Assembly (NCBI GenBank): GCA_002269645.1
Contig: NIVC01000390.1
Span: forward strand, 539,516-603,515
Origin: Macrostomum lignano
Lineage: Eukaryota
Reading direction: 5' to 3'
DNA: 64,000 nt
The notes under the pieces were generated by a model, which saw only the letters and a list, made by a program, of their open reading frames with translations, did no database searches and was not told the DNA's origin. Positions 35,340 through 48,826 of this stretch are shown here, one piece after another (positions within the stretch are counted from its first letter, which is position 1; every line of letters starts with the position of its first letter). Position numbers and translations under genes: made by a program.

Positions 35340-35945
35340 AAGCCCTAATCCTTATGAGAATCGGTCCTAATCCTCATGAGAATCATCCCTAATCCTTATG
35401 AGAATCGGCCCTAATCCTTATGAGAATCATCCCTAATCCTCACGAGAATCATCCCTAATCCTTATAAGAATCAGCCCTAATCCTTATGAGAATCAGCCCT
35501 AATCCTTATAAGAATCATCCCTAATCCTTATGAGAATCAGCCCTAATCCTTATGAGAATCAGCCCTAATCCTTAAAAGAATCATCCCTAATCCTTATGAG
35601 AATCAGCCCTAATCCTTATGAGAATCATCCCTAATCCTTATGAGAATCATCCCTAATCCTTATGAGAATCAGCCCTAATCCTTATGAGAATCAGCCCTAA
35701 TCCTTATAAGAATCATCCCTAATCCTTATGAGAATCAGCCCTAATCCTTATGAGAATCAGCCCTAATCCTTATGAGAATCATCCCTAATCCTTATGAGAA
35801 TCAGCCCTAATCCTTATGAGAATCAGCCCTAATCCTTAATGGAAATCATCCCTAATCCTTATGAGAATCATCCCTAATCCTCACGAGAATCAGTCCTAAT
35901 CCTTATGAGAATCATCCCTAATCCTCACGAGAATCAGTCCTAATC
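35340..35945. repeat. 22-bp minisatellite (CCCTAATCCTTATGAGAATCAG)
   Basis: About 27 tandem copies. Confidence 0.95.
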
Positions 35946-36464
35946 TTTATCTATACTAATACAATGTAAAGAGGCGCCATGGAAACTCAAAATGTTAACC
36001 GATTCATACTGTGTTAATGCCAAATATTTATGCCGTGTACAGATGAGTGAGAAACGCGAACAATTAAAATATTTTTCTTCAATAGTACAAAGCCAGATAT
36101 GCGGTGATCTTCTTTTTGGCTTTCAAAATTTGCTTAAACTGTTTCGCCATGAAAGTTTACTCGAATGGAGATGAATTTTACATTTTCACGCTTAGGTTCT
36201 TAAAGAATTAACCAGATGATACTCGAACTTCTGTTGCCAAGCTGTTCTATACTTTTCGATTTGTTGGATTGTTTCTAGAGATGATATGCGTGTACAAACA
36301 AACCAAAACAGCTTTTATAATCTATGCCAATGCGATTTTCTGCTATTTTAATTCGGTTTAACAATAAGTCCGCTTCAATGTATTGATTTCGTATTTCAAC
36401 TGCAAATTATCGATCAGTGTTGTTTTATTTTTGTTTAAATTTTACTGCAAATTTCAGCTGGTGG

Positions 36465-37068
36465 GCTGACCAGATCCTCAGTTGCTGCGCCAGCCTCCCA
36501 GATCCTCAGTTGCTGCGCCAGCCTCCCAGATCCTCAGTTGCTGGATCAGCCTCCCAGATCCTCAGTTGCTGGATCAGCCTCCCAGATCCTCAGTTGCTGG
36601 GCCAGCCTTCCTGATCCCCAATTGCTGGGCCAGCCTTCCTGATCCCCAGTTGCTGGATCAGCCTCCCAGATCCTCAGTTGCTGGGCCAGCCTCCCAGATC
36701 CTCAGTTGCTGCGCCAGCCTCCCAGATCCTCAGTTGCTGGGCCAGCCTCCCAGATCCTCAGTTGCTGGGCCAGCCTCCCAGATCCTCAGTTGCTGGGCCA
36801 GCCTCCCAGATCCTCAGTTGCTGGATCAGCCTCCCAGATCCTCAGTTGCTGGATCAGCCTCCCAGATCCTCAGTTGCTGGGCCAGCCTTCCTGATCCCCA
36901 ATTGCTGGGCCAGCCTTCCTGATCCCCAGTTGCTGGATCAGCCTCCCAGATCCTCAGTTGCTGGGCCAGCCTCCCAGATCCTCAGTTGCTGGGCCAGCCT
37001 CCCAGATCCTCAGTTGCTGGATCAGCCTCCCAGATCCTCAGTTGCTGGGCCAGCCTCCCAGATCCTCA
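36465..37068. repeat. 28-bp minisatellite (CAGATCCTCAGTTGCTGGGCCAGCCTCC)
   Basis: About 21 tandem copies; it explains the QPPRSSVAG ORFs. Confidence 0.95.
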
Positions 37069-37158
37069 GCACTTGCTCGGGCTGGCAGAACTGATCCAGT
37101 GCCCCAACAATCACCCGTTTATTCTCTCAGCTCACCGCGCCGCCCCCAACACTTCCAG

Positions 37159-38519
37159 GCGCCCATTACCTGCCTGATCTGCCAGGGCGGCCTCAATGGC
37201 GACAGCATCTGCTCCGCTATGCCCGCCTGCGGCCACGTCTTCCACCGGACCTGCCTGGCCGCCTGGCTATCCTGCCGGGCCCGCCCAGCCATCTGTCCAG
37301 CCTGCAGGACGCCCGCCCCGTCACCCCCGCTCCGGTTGTACTTTTCAGCCGCCGGGGATGATGAGCAGAGCGACGGAGGCGAGGATGAGACGGCCGAGAG
37401 GAGCGCGCGAGAGCAGAGGGATCGTCGGGCTTCTGAGCAGCTAACGCGGGTTGGAGTTCCACTTCTAATTATTTGATATCGATAATTAGCGGCTAAATTT
37501 AAGGGCCTTAGGCCCGGATGCTGGGATGCCAAGACTCAATTGGGGAATGCTGAGGTGCCAAAGATCAGTTGGGGAATGCTGAGGTGCCAAAGATCAGTTG
37601 GGGAATGCTGAGGTGCCAAAGATCAGTTGGGGAATGCTGAGGTGCCAAAGATCAGTTGGGGAATGCTGAGGTGCCAAAGATCAGTTGGGGAATGCTGAGG
37701 TGCCAAAGATCAGTTGGGGAATGCTGAGGTGCCAAAGATCAATTGGGGAATGCTGAGGTGCCAAAGATCAGTTGGGGAATGCTGAGGTGCCAAAGATCGA
37801 TTGGGGAATGCTGAGGTGCCAACGATCAATTGGGGAATGTTGAGGTGCCAAAGATCAATTGGGGAATGCTGAGGTGCCAATCTTAATGGGGGAATGCTGG
37901 GAGCGACTCAGCTGCCACAAGAAACAGGCCATTTATTCGTTAAAATTTTAACAAAACTTTTGTAGCAATAAATTTAGCTTTGCTTTTATCAGGCTACTTT
38001 CAGTAGGTTGCGCGCACATTCTATTTAGATTATTTTATTTTTACATGGATTTCATCTTAACCCCCCACCCTGCCCCTTCCCCGCCAGGCGCTTGGCGCGC
38101 TTCGCACAGAGGAGGCCGGGCGGCGCCTGCTGGAGCGCCAGCTGGCGTCAACACGGCGCCGCCTTGCCCAGGCCGAGGCCGACCTGGCGCTGGCTGACCA
38201 GCGCGCCGAGGCGAAAGTGGCTGGCCGGATTCGCGAGCTCGAATCCCTGCTGGAGGTGCTGCAACCGGCCGCCACTACTGCCGCCACTGCCGCCATTTCA
38301 GACGAATCTCATGCCGTCGGATCGGTTCAACAGGCTCAGCAGGAGCAGCTGGGCCGCCTAGCCAAGGAGCTGGTGGTGCGGACTCTGTCATACACATCGG
38401 CGCCGCCTCATCAGTCTGGCAGGAGGCTGGCCCAGCAGCAGCAGCGATCGCGGCTTGCCATTCACCGGGATCGGCGGTTTGGTAGCCGCGGACGAGGGGA
38501 GAGCGCTGATGAACACTGA
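37159..38519 (+). CDS. RING-H2 plus coiled-coil E3 ligase B (paralogue of A; start codon not located)
   Basis: Exon 37159-37449 follows ACTTCCAG (APITCLIC...ACGHVFHRTCLAAWL...CPACR...LRLYF). Exon 38088-38519 is coiled coil and ends at TGA; phase 0. Confidence 0.7.
37520..37885. repeat. 29-bp intronic minisatellite (GGGGAATGCTGAGGTGCCAAAGATCAGTT)
   Basis: About 12 copies. Confidence 0.9.
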
Positions 38520-38521
38520 GG

Positions 38522-39143
38522 TCCTGAGCTGCCAAGACTCGGGGGGGGGGTGCTGAGCTGCCAAGACTCAGGGGGTGCTCAGCTGCCAAGAATCAGGGGG
38601 GGTGCTGAGCTGCCAAGACTCAGGGGGTGCTCAGCTGCCAAGACTCAGGGGGTGCTCAGCTGCCAAGAATCAGGGGGGGGGTGCTGAGCTTCCAAGACTC
38701 AGGGGTGCTCAGCTGCCAAGACTCAGAGAGGGGGTGCTGAGCTGCCAAGACTCAGGGGGTGCTCAGCTGCCAAGACTCAGAGAGGGGGTGCTGAGCTGCC
38801 AAGACTCAGGGGGTGCTCAGCTGCCAAGAATCAGGGGGGGGGTGCTGAGCTTCCAAGACTCAGGGGTGCTCAGCTGCCAAGACTCGGGGGGGGGGGTGCT
38901 GAGCTGTCAAGACTCAGGGGGGGGTGCTGAGCTGCCAAGACTCAGGGGGTGCTCAGCTGCCAAGACTCAGAGAGGGGGTGCTGAGCTGCCAAGACTTAGG
39001 GGGTGCTCAGCTGCCAAGACTCAGGGGGGGGGGTGCTGAGCTGCCAAGACTCAGGGGGGGTGCTGAGTTGCCAAGACTCAGGGGGGGGGGTGCTGAGCTG
39101 CCAAGACTCAGGGGGGGTGGGGGTGCTGAGCTGTCAAGACTCA
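38522..39143. repeat. Poly-G-variable minisatellite (GGGGGTGCT(C/G)AGCTGCCAAGACTCA)
   Basis: About 20 copies starting right after the RING-B stop; the unit resembles the 37520 array. Confidence 0.9.
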
Positions 39144-39559
39144 ATGGCGCACGGCACCCCAGACCTTTCTACGTATCGTTAAGGATCACAAGAAGTTTTT
39201 GATTTGCACACGAAAATTAAAGTCGTTTTTTCTTACATATTTTATAGTATGCTTAATGGTTCCTTTAAAATCTGTGTAAAATTTTAAAGCTTGCTTTCCG
39301 CACCTTACAAAATTTCTATCGCTTTTTTTCTAATCGATCGATTCTTGGAAGTATTGGACTGAGATTTGCCATCTGTCTTCTCCTTTCTGCTTGCGGCAAC
39401 CTGTATTTCAGGTTTTTTGTATTTTGTACAAATATATATTTTTATATGTAGATTAAGTCCTGCATTCAGTTATTCTTGTATATTAGCAGATCGAATTGCT
39501 GCTATAATTGCTTTTTGTTTGCATCATTTCCATTAATCACCACCCACCCATTTCTAGAA

Positions 39560-40115
39560 TCGCCCTGGACCCGCTTAGAGTTGCCCTCGACACACTTTTA
39601 GAAACGCCCTCGACCCACTTAGAATCGCCCTCGACCCACTTAGAATTGCCTTCGACCCACTTAGAATCGCCCTCGACCCACTCAGTTATCCTAGAATCAA
39701 CCTCGACCCACTCAGTTATTCTAGAATCAACCTCGACCCACTCAGTTATTCTAGAATCAACCTCGACCCACTTCTAGAATCAACCTCGACCCACTTCTAG
39801 AATCGCCCTCGACCCACTTCTAGAATCGCCCTCGACCCACTTCTAGAATCGCCCTCGACCCACTTCTAGAATCGCCCTCGACCCACTTAGAATCGCCCTC
39901 GACCCACTCAGTTCCTAGAATCAACCTCGACCCACTTCTAGAATCGCCCTCGACCCACTCAGTTATCCTAGAATCAACCTCGACCCACTTCTAGAATCGC
40001 CCTCGACCCACTCAGTTATCCTAGAATCAACCTCGACCCACTTCTAGAATCGCCCTCGACCCACTCAGTTATCCTAGAATCAACCTCGACCCACTTCTAG
40101 AATCGCCTTCGACCG
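39560..40115. repeat. 21-33-bp minisatellite (TAGAATCGCCCTCGACCCACT)
   Basis: Direct tandem copies with TCAGTTATCC variants. Confidence 0.9.
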
Positions 40116-40269
40116 ATATTTAAATTCGCCTTCTAACGAATTTTACTCTCGTAGAAGCACATTCTAGTGATGTAGAAGTTTTCCTTCAATTTTCGAAGCA
40201 TCCTACTATAAGTACTTCAAGTAAAAATGCGCGCATTTTGTTATAAAAATTGTAATAACTCGATTCCAG

Positions 40270-40479
40270 GCAGGCTGCGCTAGCCAGACAATCCGCAACC
40301 CGCTGCAGCTGTACAGGCACTTGCTCAGATTGGTGCGCACCCTGCCGCCCGGCGCCAGGCCCTACTATTCCAATTATATTCGCCAGGCCTACAACAGCCA
40401 CTCGGACGAGACCGACCCGGATCGGGTTCGTCAGATTATCGACCGAGCTCTGCTGGATGCCGACTGGGTAGTGAAGAAG
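40270..40479 (+). CDS. LYRM9: LYR-motif protein LYRM9 (main coding exon; start and final exon ambiguous)
   Basis: PLQLYRHLLR...YYSNYIRQAYNSHSDETDPDRVRQIIDRALLDADWVVKK closely resembles LYRM9 (PLQLYRYLLR...VRQSF..HSDEDNPERIQQII.RAIEDADWIMNK). Acceptor TTCCAG|40270, donor 40479|GTTAGC. Confidence 0.8.
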
Positions 40480-40559
40480 GTTAGCGGGGCTGTGTGTGCT
40501 GCTTGAGGGAGTTCTGATGAAGTTTTTAGCTGATAGGGGTAGGCAATGATATGCAGGTA

Positions 40560-40651
40560 GGCCAGACACAGACACTAAGACAGACAATAAGACAGACAGA
40601 CAGACATACAGACAGACAGACAGACAGACAATAAGACAGACAGACAGACAT

Positions 40652-40710
<59 letters not shown>

Positions 40711-40754
40711 CACTAAGACAGACAGACACTTTAGACACTAAGCTATAGACACTA

Positions 40755-40851
<97 letters not shown>

Positions 40852-40856
40852 CACTA

Positions 40857-40909
<53 letters not shown>

Positions 40910-41005
40910 CAGACAGACAGACAGACACACTAAGACAGACAGACAGACAGACACACTAAGACAGACAGACAGACAGACAGACACACTAAGACAGACAGAC
41001 AGACA
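40560..41005. repeat. (CAGA)n microsatellite in the intron after the LYRM9 exon
   Basis: Direct inspection. Confidence 0.95.
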
Positions 41006-41154
41006 CATTGGATAAATGATTACGGTGTTACTGGACGGCTGCCGTTGCAATTCTCAGCAGTAAACAGCCTGATTGCCGCAGCCAACAGTGCACTCAGTAC
41101 TTGCAACCCTCCCCCGCCGCTGCCTCAGTACGCCGCCCAGAAGCCGGCCGAGAA

Positions 41155-42583
<1,429 letters not shown>

Positions 42584-43080
42584 GCACCGCCTGCCGTGTG
42601 CATCCTCTGCCTTGTCCTAGTTTATATAGTGTGAGGCTTAAATAATAAGTATTAGGGGAATGGATTGCTAATCTAGCCAACGTCGATATGATGAAGGAAT
42701 AGAATGGATTGCTAATCTAGCCTACTTCATTTATAATGGAATAGAATGAATTGCTAATCTAGCTAAGATTAGATTGGTAATCAAGGTAAATAATAAATCA
42801 TCCGAGTATCTTCTTGCTAATGTGGAGCAAACAGTGCTAATCAATCAATCGATCAATAAACGCAAATAAATAAGCAATGCTTTTCGTGTCATTCAAAGCT
42901 TGTTTCATTTGTTAAAATGCGCTCTTATTGTTTAAATATACTCTATTCTGATCTGATTTAAGTTTTGTGTCTGGTGTCAGGCCTCAAGTGAAAAGGAATC
43001 AGTCAGTTGTTTTATTATTTGAATTTCGTCTAGATTTTATACACAAAATAAAACAAAACAAAACAAAATACATGAAACTA

Positions 43081-45150
43081 CGGGTTCGATCCTCCAGTGT
43101 CGGCGGCTGGAGAACACGATGGCCACGGTTTTAGGCTCAGATAGCGTGAGACCGCAGCTGAGCGCCCAGCTCTCGACACGGTAGGTGAAAGCTTGGTGGG
43201 AAGAGGTCTCTTAGGCCACAGTGGCGGTATCGTCCGCATGGCCGACCTTTTGAACCGGGTCCGGGTACGGGCTGCTGAGGACTCCACCTGTATGTACCTC
43301 CACAGAGCGGGAGTGTCTCAGGAGGTGCGAGGTGGCAGTACGATGGGAGACCATGTACATGATCCAGCGAGTGAGGTGCTCAAAAAGCGCATTATTGAAA
43401 GCACCATCAATGCCGAGGAAAAGCGAGAGCGCGTATCCACTGCCGAGTACGGCGCGCTCCAGCTTGTCGGCAATGGCATGCAGCGCGCCTTCGATGAAAC
43501 GTCTAGGTGTTCCATCAGTTTGAGGAAGACGTCAGACTGATAGGGCGGTAAGCTTTGGCAAAATGATAGTCTCCCTTCCCTGGTTTGGGTATAAAGACTA
43601 CCGTGGCCCTCTTGCCAGGCCTTGGGCACGTACCCGAGGGTAATGCTGGCCTTGAAGAGGTTGCAGAGGAGCCGGGAAACCTGTCATTTTTAACTGCCTC
43701 GCGGAGGAAGGCAGGATAAATATTGTCAGGTCCCTGTGACTTGAAGGTAGAGAAGGATTTTGCGGCGGGAGCCGTCCTCTCTCTGGTAATGATGGTCGAA
43801 GCCAGGATCTGTCCAACCGGACAGTGGTCCGGTGGGCCTAGCTGCGGTGCGGCACATGGGAAAGAGATGGTGAGCATGATGTCCAGCGATTCCCCGGGGT
43901 TCTCAGCGAGCCGGCCGTCCGGTTTTTTAATGACTGAGAGCTTTGACATTTTGTCGAGGGTGAGAGCCTTAACCACGCGTGAAGTAGGGCGGGTGCCTTC
44001 TAACTCCGCGCAGTATTGGCGCCACTTGTCGGACTTGGCTTTCCTGGTTTCACGCTTAAAGTCGCGGATCGCGTCCTGATAAGCGGCCAGGTCAGCTGGG
44101 TCCTTGATCTTGCGAGTTTTCCGTTGGAGGCACTTTGCTTTGCGCCGGAGGGATCCAAGTGCCAGGTGCCACCAAGGGCGGATTTTTTGCCTTTGTAGGC
44201 CTTAGAGGACAGGAGACCTCGTGGGCTGTCAGGACGGTCTTGCTGAGCAAGTCTGCAAGGTCATCCACTTTCTGACAGGAGGTAGAAACGACGGTGGTCA
44301 GCTTGATCTGTCTGGCATTTCAGGGTTTCCGCGAAGGCCGTCCAGATCAGGTGTTCAAGTGTTCCGGACGTTCCTTTTCCGTAGGATGTTAGACTTGGGG
44401 CGAGAGGATTGCAAGAGGAAGCGAACGAAGCGATGGTCAGACAGAGACTCCTCTTCGTCCCAAACCTCCCAGTCCCTGACCAAAGGAGCCAAACCGTGGG
44501 AGACTAGGGTCACGTCGTCCGTCCATCGCCCGTTGCCGAAGGTGGGGGTTCCACCTATGCTGCGAAACTCAGTACGTATTGGTGGTGTACATGCAGATGT
44601 AAGCAAGGAGTTACTTGCCTCTGCTGTTGGAGGCATTGCTGCCACAGTGAGTGTGGTGGGCCGTTAATGTCGCCCGCCACCAGCAGATCAAACCTGCGGT
44701 TAGAGCAGTAGTCCATGAGGGAGGTGAGGTTAGGGAGGTTCGCTTCCCTCGGGTTCTCCCTCTTTCTGCCCTCAGAAGGTGCTTGGTATTGGTATATACC
44801 ATGATTTTTTATTTTTGTCAAGACATACTTTAATACAATATACAATATGGCCAGACAGAATCATAGTCCAGATTTTAACTCAATCCATCTTCCATCATCT
44901 TAGCCCAGATCTTAGCCCAGATATTAGCCCAGATCTTAGCCCAGATCTTAGTCCAGACCTTAACACAATCTTAGCCGCCAGAGCAGCCCCGAGCGAGCTC
45001 AACTCGAGCTTCCAGGAACCGATCAGCGCCAGCCCAGCTGTGCCTGGGTTGGAAAATCCAGCTATTTTTGTGCCATAATGCCGCAGTGTGCAACGGCAGC
45101 TCCCAACCCCCCTCCCCTCCGTAGCCCTCTGCACTGATTCTCGCCAATAT
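43081..45150 (-). mobile_element. Decayed non-LTR retrotransposon (APE endonuclease plus RT; R1/LOA-like)
   Basis: Minus-strand fragments: LLVAGDIN and EESLSDHRFVRF (APE); VVFIPKPGKGDYHFAKAYRPISLTS, ALHAIADKLERAVLGSGYALSLFLGIDGAFNN, HADD and GLTLSEPKTVAIVFS (RT). Frameshifted, and truncated at ~43081. Confidence 0.85.
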
Positions 45151-45441
45151 CTCAGCCGTATCTCTCACTGCTGCTGCTAGCTGCTCATATCTGAGTGCTT
45201 ACGGGTGCTCAGCAGAGCTACAGGCTTACCGCTGCTCTCCGCCTACGCTGCCGTTCCGGAGGGCGACCGGCTGCCGCCTCGGGAATTCCTAGGCGCCTGC
45301 GGCTTTTCCAATGCCTCGAACGGATCGTCCGCCGGAGCGGGCAGCGCTATAAAATCACAGCTGAAAGAACTTCCCCTCAAGCAATTATAAGTCCTCTTCT
45401 AAAAGCAGAAATTAATTCAAGCAAGCATTAATATTGAAACA

Positions 45442-46409
45442 ATGCTTTCCGAAGGAAAGTTCTTTGTTATGCTCTGCCTCGCCGTCTCGCTCGCCTCTGC
45501 TCAACCTGCTGGCCGCGCAAGACCAGCAGCGAGCAACTTGGAGCTGGCAAAGAAGCACCTGACTCACGCTGCGGATGGGCTGCAAGCCTACGTCGAGAGC
45601 ATCAGATTGGTTCGCCTGCTGAACAAGTCCATCAGTTCGTCTCTGATCGACTTCTCTGAACTGCTGCCATCTGGTGCCAGCCTACGTACTCAGCTGCACC
45701 GATTTCTGCTCATTGTTAAGCGTCTGGAGAGTCAGGAGGAGCCGCATGAGACTGGGTGAGTCTTCAGCTGCCGCTTTCTGTGATTTGTTGAGCTCCTTTC
45801 TGAAAGGTGCAAATCACTCTCTGGTTGCTTCAGGGAGACCGTAATTGCTTTAGGGAAACTCTAACTGCTTTAGGGAAACTCAAATTACTTCAGGGAAACT
45901 CTAATTGCTTCAGGGAAACTCAAATTACTTCAGGGAAACTCTAATTGCTTCTGGGAAACTCTAATTGCTTCTGGGAAACTCTAATTGCTTCTGGGAAACT
46001 CTAATTGCTTCTGGGAAACTCTAATTGCTTCTGGGAAACTCTAACTGCTTTAGGGAAACTCTAATTGCTTCAGGGAAACTCAAATTACTTCAGAGAAACT
46101 CAAATTGCTTCAGGGACATAGGAGAACTACCTACTCTATAAAATCGCACTCAATCCACTGCCACTACTATTGCCATTACCCAGGTGGCTGAACCGGCTGG
46201 AATACATCAGGCAGAACGTGGCGCAAGCCTTCGACTACGTAGGAAGCCACTTTAATGACGCGGCAGCCGCCCCGCTGAGCGCCCAGCTACCAGACCGCCT
46301 GCTGCCGCCGGTGCCGCACAAGCAGCGAGAACGTCGGTATATGCGAGACTATGTTGTGATTGACTGGCTGCACAAGCAGGTCATGCGGTCAATTCAAGAG
46401 CTCGGTTGA
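45442..46409 (+). CDS. Secreted alpha-helical protein 1, putative four-helix cytokine-like, 179 aa
   Basis: Signal peptide MLSEGKFFVMLCLAVSLASA. Exons 45442-45755 and 46184-46409 (phase 2, GTGAGT/CCAG). Paralogous to 48827-51237. Confidence 0.75.
45830..46115. repeat. 20-bp intronic minisatellite (GGGAAACTCTAATTGCTTCA)
   Basis: About 14 copies. Confidence 0.9.
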
Positions 46410-46544
46410 CCTAGTTTCAATTGAGTACATATTTGTAAAAAAAATAAATTCTATATTATAAATATCATAAATATACGTCAGAATCTACTTGTAAAATGCT
46501 GAATTGAAAAAAATCGCAAGCCTTAATCATTATTTCTTTGATAA

Positions 46545-48080
46545 ACTTTTGCTCAATGGGGAATTGCTCAGATAGTGAGTGACTCAATGGGGAATTGCTC
46601 AGATTAGTGAGTGACTCAATGGGGAATTGCTCAGATAGTGAGTGACTCAATGGGGAATTGCTCAGATTAGTGAGTGACTCAATGGGGAATTGCTCAGATT
46701 AGTGAGTGACTCAATGGGGAATTGCTCAGATTAGTGAGTGACTCAATGGGGAATTACTCTGATATTCAGCGACTCAATGGGGAATTGCTCAGATTAGTGA
46801 GTGACTCAATGGGGAATTTACTCTGATATTCAGCGACTCAATGGGGAATTGCTCAGATAGTGAGTGACTCAATGAGGAATTGCCCAGATAGTGAGTGACC
46901 AAATGGGGAATTGCTCAGATTAGTGAGTGACTCAATGGGGAATTGCTCAGATTAGTGAGTGACTCAATGGGGAATTGCTCAGATAGTGAGTGACCAAATG
47001 GGGAATTGCTCAGATTAGTCAGTGACTCAATGGGGAATTACTCTGATATTCAGTGACTCAATGGGGAATTGCTCAGATAGTGAGTGACTCAATGGGGAAT
47101 TGCTCAGATAGTGAGTAACTCAATGGGGAATTGCTCAGATTAGTGAGTGACTCAATGGGGAATTGCTCAGATAGTGAGTGACTCAATGGGGAATTGCTCA
47201 GATAGTGAGTGACTCAATGGGGAATCGCTCAGATATTCAGTGACTCAAAGGGGAATTGCTCAGATAGTGAGTGACTCAATGGGGAATCGCTCAGATATTC
47301 AGTGACTCAATGGGGAATCGCTCAGATATTCAGTGACTCAATGGGGAATCGCTCAGATATTCAGTGACTCAATGGGGAATCGCTCAGATATTCAGTGACT
47401 CAATGGGGAATTGCTCAGATAGTGAGTGACTCAATGGGGAATTGCTCAGATAGTGAGTGACTCAATGGGGAATTGCTCAGATAGTGAGTGACTCAATGGG
47501 GAATTGCTCAGATAGTGAGTGACTCAATGGGGAATTGCTCAGATAGTGAGTGACTCAATGGGGAATTGCTCAGATAGTGAGTGACAAAATGGGGAATTGC
47601 TCAGATTAGTGAGTGACTCAATGGGGAATTGCTCAGATTAGTGAGTGACTCAATGGGGAATTGCTCAGATAGTGAGTGACTCAATGGGGAATTGCTCAGA
47701 TAGTGAGTGACTCAATGGGGAATTGCTCAGATAGTGAGTGACAAAATGGGGAATTGCTCAGATAGTGAGTGACCAAATGGGGAATTGCTCAGATAGTGAA
47801 TGACAAAATGGGGAATTGCTCAGATTAGTGAGTGACTCAATGGGGAATTGCTCAGATTAGTGAGTGACTCAATGGGGAATTGCTCAGATAGTGAGTGACA
47901 AAATGGGGAATTGCTCAGATTAGTGAGTGACTCAATGGGGAATTGCTCAGATTAGTGAGTGACTCAATGGGGAATCGCTCAGATATTCAGTGACTCAATG
48001 GGGAATTGCTCAGATAGTGAGTGACTCAATGGGGAATTGCTCAGATTAGTGAGTGACTCAATGGGGAATTGCTCAGATAC
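46545..48080. repeat. 31/32-bp minisatellite (CAATGGGGAATTGCTCAGA(T)TAGTGAGTGACT)
   Basis: About 48 contiguous copies with no unique spacers. Confidence 0.95.
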
Positions 48081-48826
48081 ATGTAGATAGACTCAATGGC
48101 AATCATTATAAGTACAATAGTGATGATTAGATTCTAAAGCAAATAATAAGTAACTCCGTGCATACATCGTTATAGATTTTGAACTGTAAAACGTGATTCC
48201 AAATCAGGAAAAGTTCGCAATGTACTTTGATTGTGCCAGCATAATTTTCAATCTATTCACTATTTTCTAAACCTGATTGCATAATGAATGAAACTCTCAT
48301 TTGCCTGTGGAATCATAACCGCATAGCTACTAAATCTGTAGTCTAAAAATAGGGGATCTTGTCCCGCGCGCAGTACTCGCACAGGCCGAGAACTTCTTCC
48401 TCCCTGCACCTTCTGCCCGCACAGCACTCGGGTTGGGGTGCTAAACGAGTTATTTTTAGCAGAACCACTCAACACAGCGCAGTTCGCCGCGCAGAAAAAG
48501 TACATTGCCTTATAGCTCAGCTGAACTATTTCTTAGAAATGCTATCGCAAAATTTTCGTTCGCAAGCACCGCTGCAGTTCCATTTCTGCTCCTAGTAGAA
48601 ACGCACCGTACCCTTGATCGGGGACTACTTGGGATTTCCAAAAGAAATTTTTTGGTGTTTCTATTCTCAATTTTGTGCTGCTTTTTTTACTTAAAACAAA
48701 GTTCGTGTCCCCTGGAATTTCCAACATCTGATATGCGACCGCAATGGCATCAGCAACATATAAGCCCCGCTTCTGTCTTAACCTCTGCTGCTCAATTCAA
48801 CAGTCGGTTCCTGTTTTTTGGTTTTC

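Noticed and set aside
46545-48080. Long regular 31/32-bp array (also 57575-58693 and 54400-55400) as a CRISPR array
   Set aside because: Units are contiguous with no unique spacers, there are no cas genes, and the context is eukaryotic; these are minisatellites.
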